Positions 6,877 to 11,174 of a stretch of DNA of 11,174 nt are shown in pieces. Both the position numbers and the translations under genes were made by a program. A model generated the notes under the pieces. The model was given only the letters and a program-made list of their open reading frames with translations, made no database searches and was not told the DNA's origin. Within the stretch, counting starts at the first letter, position 1. The number at the start of each line of letters is the position of its first letter. Source of the stretch: a bacterium. GTDB taxonomy: Bacteria > Fidelibacterota > Marinisomatia > Marinisomatales > UBA1611. The stretch is taken from assembly GCA_038127595.1 (NCBI GenBank), contig JAYPIC010000057.1:1-11174 (forward strand). The letters are read 5' to 3'.

Positions 6877-7784
6877 TGTTTAAAAATGGCCTCATGTTCT
6901 TGGTAAAGTGATTCTGCTTTATCCATTGTTATGTGTTCAAATGTGAAACTGTCTCCTGGACGCAATTGTCCAACCTTATGCATATCAGCAGCAATCACAT
7001 TAGCAATTTTTGGATAGCCGCCTGTTGTTTGGTGGTCAACAAATGTAATAATACTATCTCCGTTTCCCGTAACCTGGACCGCACCAAGTGGTAATCCTTC
7101 TGTTATGATGTCTTGACTTGTGTTCTTTTGAAGTTTTGGACCATTGATTCTAATGCCCATGCGATTTGATTGGTGGGAGACAGTAAATTCTTTACCAAAA
7201 AAGAGTTTCTGATATGGTTTATCAAACAGATTAAACTGTAGTCCTGGAGTAGCTCTAATTACTGATCTATCATAATCTATTGCAAATTTTAAATCTAAAG
7301 GAAACCGTCTTTTTTCTGGTTTGTTAAATGGGATTCTGTCATTTAGTTCAAGATTTCTTCCTCTGTAACCTCCAGATTTTGACATTAAGTGTGTCGAACT
7401 ACTTTCCAAAAGTTTTGCAACATTAAACCCATTTTGAATCGCAAGATAACATCTCGCTCCTGAAGTTGAGCCAGAGATTGTGAGAATGTCTCCTTGTTTT
7501 ATGGCAACTGGTTTTAAAAAGGGTATTTCTTTGCCTTTGATAGATGCCGGGAAGTGACTTCCAGCAAAACAGACAGTTGTTGTGCAGTCAAAACTGTAAG
7601 AGCCTCCAAATAACGTGATCTCTATGACAGGATCATTTACGTTGTTACCTAAAAGAAGGTTTGCAATCTTCATTGATGCTTTATCTGCAGCTCCAGTGGG
7701 GGAAATACCAAGATGCGTGTATCCATCTCTACCAAGATCTTGCACAAGGTCTTGGAAGCCAGGTTTGATTACAGTCAAATTCAA
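6873..7784 (-). CDS. pxpC: 5-oxoprolinase subunit C (allophanate hydrolase subunit 2 / KipA-like)
   Basis: Motifs VQDLGRDGY, GAADK..ANLLLGN, GARCYLAI, SNRMGIR, GAVQV and DHQTTGGYPKIA. The TTG start overlaps the pxpB TGA stop (TTGA). Confidence 0.93.
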   Translation of the reverse strand: MNLTVIKPGFQDLVQDLGRDGYTHLGISPTGAADKASMKIANLLLGNNVNDPVIEITLFGGSYSFDCTTTVCFAGSHFPASIKGKEIPFLKPVAIKQGDILTISGSTSGARCYLAIQNGFNVAKLLESSSTHLMSKSGGYRGRNLELNDRIPFNKPEKRRFPLDLKFAIDYDRSVIRATPGLQFNLFDKPYQKLFFGKEFTVSHQSNRMGIRINGPKLQKNTSQDIITEGLPLGAVQVTGNGDSIITFVDHQTTGGYPKIANVIAADMHKVGQLRPGDSFTFEHITMDKAESLYQEHEAIFKQ

Positions 7785-8488
7785 AACAATGTACCTTGAT
7801 GTTGGCTAAACTCTTTATGAGAAATAGCATAGAATTGAATTCTTGCTCCCATCGGTAGAATAGGGTTAGATATTTTGTTCCAATCAAAAAGTATGAGCGG
7901 TGTTCTGCCAATAATATTCCAGCCACCAGGACTAGTAATTGGATATATGCCAGTTTGCTTTCCTCCAATGGCGACAGAACCTTGGATTACCTCTATTCGC
8001 GGGGAGTCTAACCTTGGGGTCTCCAGTTTTTGATCCATACCACCGATGTATGGGAATCCAGGGGAAAATCCCAAGAAGTAAACAAGGTATTTCCCTTTGG
8101 TATGTAGGTGGATGATCTCATCCGTACTTAGTTTTGTGTGTTTTGACACTCTGTCAATATCAAGAGCAAATTCTTTATCATAGCATACTGGAATTTTGAC
8201 CGTTTGTTTTTGCTCGATAGATATTTCATGCTCTTCTTCAAAAAGTTGCTTTAATTTTGCTATCATTCTCCAAACGGATACTCCATTAGCTAATCGAATC
8301 AAGATGGAATTATACGCTGGTGAGGTGTTCGCAATTTTCTTTTCAAATTTTTTTACAAGTAAACTATGAAAATAAAAGACATGCTCATGGATATATTCAG
8401 ATATTCCATCCTCAAAGCGAAGCATTATTGATCTATCCGAAGCTGGAGTTATAGAGGGAGATTTTATTTTCTCTTTTTGATAATCCAT
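7781..8488 (-). CDS. pxpB: 5-oxoprolinase subunit B (allophanate hydrolase subunit 1 / KipI-like)
   Basis: Motifs PAYNSI, IPVCY, YLVYFLGFSPGFPY, PRLDSPR and GSVAIGGKQTGIYPITSPGGWNIIGRTP. Confidence 0.95.
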   Translation of the reverse strand: MDYQKEKIKSPSITPASDRSIMLRFEDGISEYIHEHVFYFHSLLVKKFEKKIANTSPAYNSILIRLANGVSVWRMIAKLKQLFEEEHEISIEQKQTVKIPVCYDKEFALDIDRVSKHTKLSTDEIIHLHTKGKYLVYFLGFSPGFPYIGGMDQKLETPRLDSPRIEVIQGSVAIGGKQTGIYPITSPGGWNIIGRTPLILFDWNKISNPILPMGARIQFYAISHKEFSQHQGTLF

Positions 8489-8637
8489 TACATTCCAGTG
8501 TAGCGTTTAACAGTAAAAAAGATAAAAACTATGATGAGTATCCTGATTAGGATAACTGATATGTTGTATGGAGTTAGTTCTAAATCTTTTGAATATGTGA
8601 TATCTTTAGTTTTGAACACATCTCGAAAAAATTTCAT
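8488..8637 (-). CDS. Unannotated small membrane protein, 49 aa (51 aa if the in-frame TTG at 8643 is used)
   Basis: Manual translation: MKFFRDVFKTKDITYSKDLELTPYNISVILIRILIIVFIFFTVKRYTGM*. The stop TAA (8490-8488) overlaps the pxpB ATG (TAATG). GGAG lies 6 nt upstream of the TTG at 8643. One hydrophobic helix is followed by KR. Confidence 0.7.
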   Translation of the reverse strand: MKFFRDVFKTKDITYSKDLELTPYNISVILIRILIIVFIFFTVKRYTGM

Positions 8638-8793
8638 GGTCAAATATTACTCCAATTTCTCATTCAATAATCAAATAGATTTTAAGTCGAAAATAAAATC
8701 AAATTAAGAATTTTGGCAAGTGTATCGTTCTTTTATCCAAACTAAATATTCAATAGTTTAAGCTACTTCTTCCATCAATTGAAAGGAACACAA

Positions 8794-11004
8794 ATGAGGC
8801 TTTTTTATACTACTTCTATCATATTATTTCTCCTTATTCAAGGTTGTTCTACCAATAACTCCTCTGAAAAGAAATTCGATATAGATTGGATGTATTCTGA
8901 TCAGGGTAGATTAGTTGGTTCCGTTTATAAATCTGCTTGGATAGGTGATAACACTCTTTACTTGATGGATATGCGCAAGCCAAAAGAGCAAAGAACTCTT
9001 TTAAAAATGGATCCAATGAATTCAGGTGTCTTCATTCAATTGATTGACAATGAAAAAATTGCAAAAGATATTTTAAGTGCGGTTGGTAGAACAGATACTA
9101 CCATGTATCTCGAATGGCCAAGTTCTTTTAGTAGTTCTGGCGAGTTTGGACTCTATACGTTTGAGGATGATATCTATTTGCTTGATATAAAAAACCAGGA
9201 TTATACGAGAATAACACGTACAAAAAATGTGGAGAAGGCGGCAAGATTTTCCCCTGATGGTAAGAAAATATCTTTTGTTAGAGAAAATGATATTTACATT
9301 TATGATATTTATACAAAAAGAGAAAAGCGGATTACATTTACGGGAACGAATACGAACTTAAATGGTACAGTTTCGTGGGTATATTGGGAAGAGATTTTTG
9401 GGCGTAGAGATATTGGGTATTGGTGGTCTGACGACTCTAAAGCACTTGCTTTCTTAAATACAGATGAGTCAGAGGTAACAAAAATGCACTACGTAGACTG
9501 GAAGCCAGCAGAGCCTGAGCTTATTACGCAGAGATATCCCAAGGCAGGTACAAAAAATCCTGAAGTAAAACTGGGCATTATTGAACTAGAGAGTGCTGAG
9601 ATAAAATGGGTAAAGCTCGGTCAATATGAATATCTTTGTAGAGTAAAATGGCTTCCAGATAACAGGCGATTAAGTGTACAAACAATGAACAGAGCGCAAA
9701 CAGAACTTGACTTATTTTTTGTGGATAGGGCTACAGGAAAAAATGTAAAAAAAATATTTACAGAAAAAGATAAGGGCTGGGTAAACATTACAGATGACCT
9801 TTATTTTTTAAAGAATAGTTTCATGTGGCAATCGGAGCGAAATGGATTTGCTCATTTGTATCAGTTTTCATATGATGGCAAGCTTATCAGTCAAGTAACA
9901 GATGGTGAGTGGGCTTTACGTTCCTCAGGAGGAACATTCTGGACAAGGCAATCCGTTGTTTTCATTGATGAAAAAAGTAAAAAGGTTTACTATACATCAA
10001 TGAAAGAGTCTTCAGTAGAAAGGCATTTGTACAGGTCTAGTTTTGATGGTAAGTCTATGGAAAAAATAAGCGGGCCATCAGGTGTTCATAAGATATACTT
10101 TAGTGAAAATGGTGACATGTATATGGATATATTTTCGGATAGAGATTCGCCGCCAACTCAAGTGATTCACAGCAGTAATGGTGATATTATGCACACATTG
10201 ATAGGCGATAGACCTGAAATTAAAAAGGAGTATGACCTCCAAACTCCAGAGCTTTTTAACATTCCAACTAGTGATGGATTTATGATGCCTGCACAAATTC
10301 TAAAACCAAAGGATTTTAATTCTGTTAAAAAATATCCAGTTATTTTTCATGTTTATGGAGGGCCATCTGCTCCAACAGTATTTGATCAGTGGCAAGGACA
10401 TTCACTCTTTTATGATAATATGTTACTCGATCAAGGGTATCTGGTAGTCAAATTTGATCACAGAGCTAGCACAGCAATAAGCAAGGAGCTTGAAAATCAC
10501 ATTTTAAATGCGATGTCTGGACCAATTGAAAGGAAGGATATAGTTGATGGAATAAAGTGGCTTAAATCGCAACCATACACAGATCCTGATAGATTTGGTG
10601 TCTGGGGTTGGAGTGGAGGAGGTAGTTTTACGCTTAATATGATGACGAATACCAAAGAGTTTGAGGCTGGTATTTCCATTGCCCCAGTAACAGATTGGCA
10701 TTACTATGATACAAAGTGGACTGAATTTGCAATGAAAAGACCCATTGATAATCCGGATGGGTATGAGAAGACATCATTTATAAAAACAGCAAAAAATTTA
10801 CATGGTTCTTTACTTCTGGTTCATGGCACATATGATGATAATGTACATCCTCAAAACTCGTGGCACTTCATTGATGAGATGGTCAAAGAAAACATTCAGT
10901 TTGACATGATGTTCTACCCAATGCGTAAACATGGAATTTCTGATGATGAGGCTAGGGTGCATCTGTATACTAAAATGTTAAAATTCTGGAAAAATAATTT
11001 ATAA
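8794..11004 (+). CDS. S9B family dipeptidyl-peptidase IV-like serine peptidase, probable lipoprotein (beta-propeller plus alpha/beta hydrolase)
   Basis: Propeller motifs FSPDGKKISFVREND, WVYWEEIF (Glu-Glu substrate anchor), WWSDD and YPKAGTKNP. Catalytic domain VYGGP, GWSGGG (10606-10623), HGTYDDNVH and RKHG. ATG 8794 is preferred over TTG 8779 because AAAGGA lies 5 nt upstream and it gives the lipoprotein signal MRLFYTTSIILFLLIQG-C. Confidence 0.95.
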   Translation: MRLFYTTSIILFLLIQGCSTNNSSEKKFDIDWMYSDQGRLVGSVYKSAWIGDNTLYLMDMRKPKEQRTLLKMDPMNSGVFIQLIDNEKIAKDILSAVGRTDTTMYLEWPSSFSSSGEFGLYTFEDDIYLLDIKNQDYTRITRTKNVEKAARFSPDGKKISFVRENDIYIYDIYTKREKRITFTGTNTNLNGTVSWVYWEEIFGRRDIGYWWSDDSKALAFLNTDESEVTKMHYVDWKPAEPELITQRYPKAGTKNPEVKLGIIELESAEIKWVKLGQYEYLCRVKWLPDNRRLSVQTMNRAQTELDLFFVDRATGKNVKKIFTEKDKGWVNITDDLYFLKNSFMWQSERNGFAHLYQFSYDGKLISQVTDGEWALRSSGGTFWTRQSVVFIDEKSKKVYYTSMKESSVERHLYRSSFDGKSMEKISGPSGVHKIYFSENGDMYMDIFSDRDSPPTQVIHSSNGDIMHTLIGDRPEIKKEYDLQTPELFNIPTSDGFMMPAQILKPKDFNSVKKYPVIFHVYGGPSAPTVFDQWQGHSLFYDNMLLDQGYLVVKFDHRASTAISKELENHILNAMSGPIERKDIVDGIKWLKSQPYTDPDRFGVWGWSGGGSFTLNMMTNTKEFEAGISIAPVTDWHYYDTKWTEFAMKRPIDNPDGYEKTSFIKTAKNLHGSLLLVHGTYDDNVHPQNSWHFIDEMVKENIQFDMMFYPMRKHGISDDEARVHLYTKMLKFWKNNL

Positions 11005-11079
11005 GTGTTGATATAATTTGATACATCGCCGATCAACCTGTAAAAAAGTCGATATTTTTTTAAAAATCAGCAAAAATAT

Positions 11080-11108
11080 TTGATATTGGTTTAGTTTAGA
11101 AATAAGAT
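11080..11108 (+). promoter_or_regulatory. Sigma70-like promoter TTGATA-N17-TAAGAT
   Basis: -35 TTGATA at 11080-11085, a 17-nt spacer, and -10 TAAGAT at 11103-11108, 12 nt upstream of the ATG at 11121. Confidence 0.5.
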
Positions 11109-11120
11109 TGGTTCGTTCTT

Positions 11121-11174
11121 ATGAGTAAAAATGATATCAAATCCTACAGCTCAAATAATGATGCTGGTGCCAAT
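11121..11174 (+). CDS. Probable 5' end of a gene running off the window (MSKNDIKSYSSNNDAGAN...)
   Basis: ATG followed by 18 open codons (including the ATG) to the window edge, just downstream of a promoter-like element. Too short to identify. Confidence 0.45.
   Translation, partial: MSKNDIKSYSSNNDAGAN

Noticed and set aside
6428..7968. ORFs 6428-6688 (+), 7615-7809 (+) and 7729-7968 (-)
   Set aside because: Shadows or alternate frames of the well-conserved pxp genes.
6873..8488. Urea amidolyase/allophanate hydrolase or KipI/KipA sporulation function
   Set aside because: Coupling to a LamB/YcsF gene, with no urea carboxylase in the window, fits 5-oxoprolinase PxpABC.
8539..8554. Inverted repeat TATCCT-GATT-AGGATA upstream of pxpB
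   Set aside because: Lies inside the small membrane ORF, has only 6-bp arms, and has no independent support as an operator.
8779..8793. TTG start at 8779 for the DPP IV gene
   Set aside because: The SD-like AAAGGA lies downstream of it and fits ATG 8794, which gives a cleaner lipoprotein signal.
10078..10701. Antisense ORFs inside the DPP IV gene
   Set aside because: Short, opposite a highly conserved coding region, and unsupported.

Overview
AT-rich, tightly packed bacterial chromosomal segment. Gene content and style suggest a streamlined marine FCB-group organism such as Ca. Marinimicrobia, but this is inference only. Plus strand, left: the C-terminal half of an S9B/DPP IV peptidase interrupted by two in-frame TAA codons, an uncharacterised 656-aa protein, dinB (Pol IV), an NTF2/SnoaL-like lipoprotein and a YfiM/DUF2279-like protein. 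The 656-aa protein appears to have an N-terminal HTH, helical repeats of the homing-endonuclease-associated type, and a degenerate PD-(D/E)xK-like C-terminus. Minus strand: an operon made of a 49-51 aa membrane ORF missed by the ORF track, pxpB-pxpC-pxpA (5-oxoprolinase), an 89-aa membrane-anchored protein and a secreted MORN-variant/YwqK-like repeat protein. Right: a divergent, complete lipoprotein DPP IV-family peptidase, then a sigma70-like promoter and the start of another ORF. No RNA genes, CRISPR arrays or transposases were recognised. The best candidates for novelty are the 656-aa protein/dinB unit with its palindromic intergenic region, and the small ORF coupled to pxpB.
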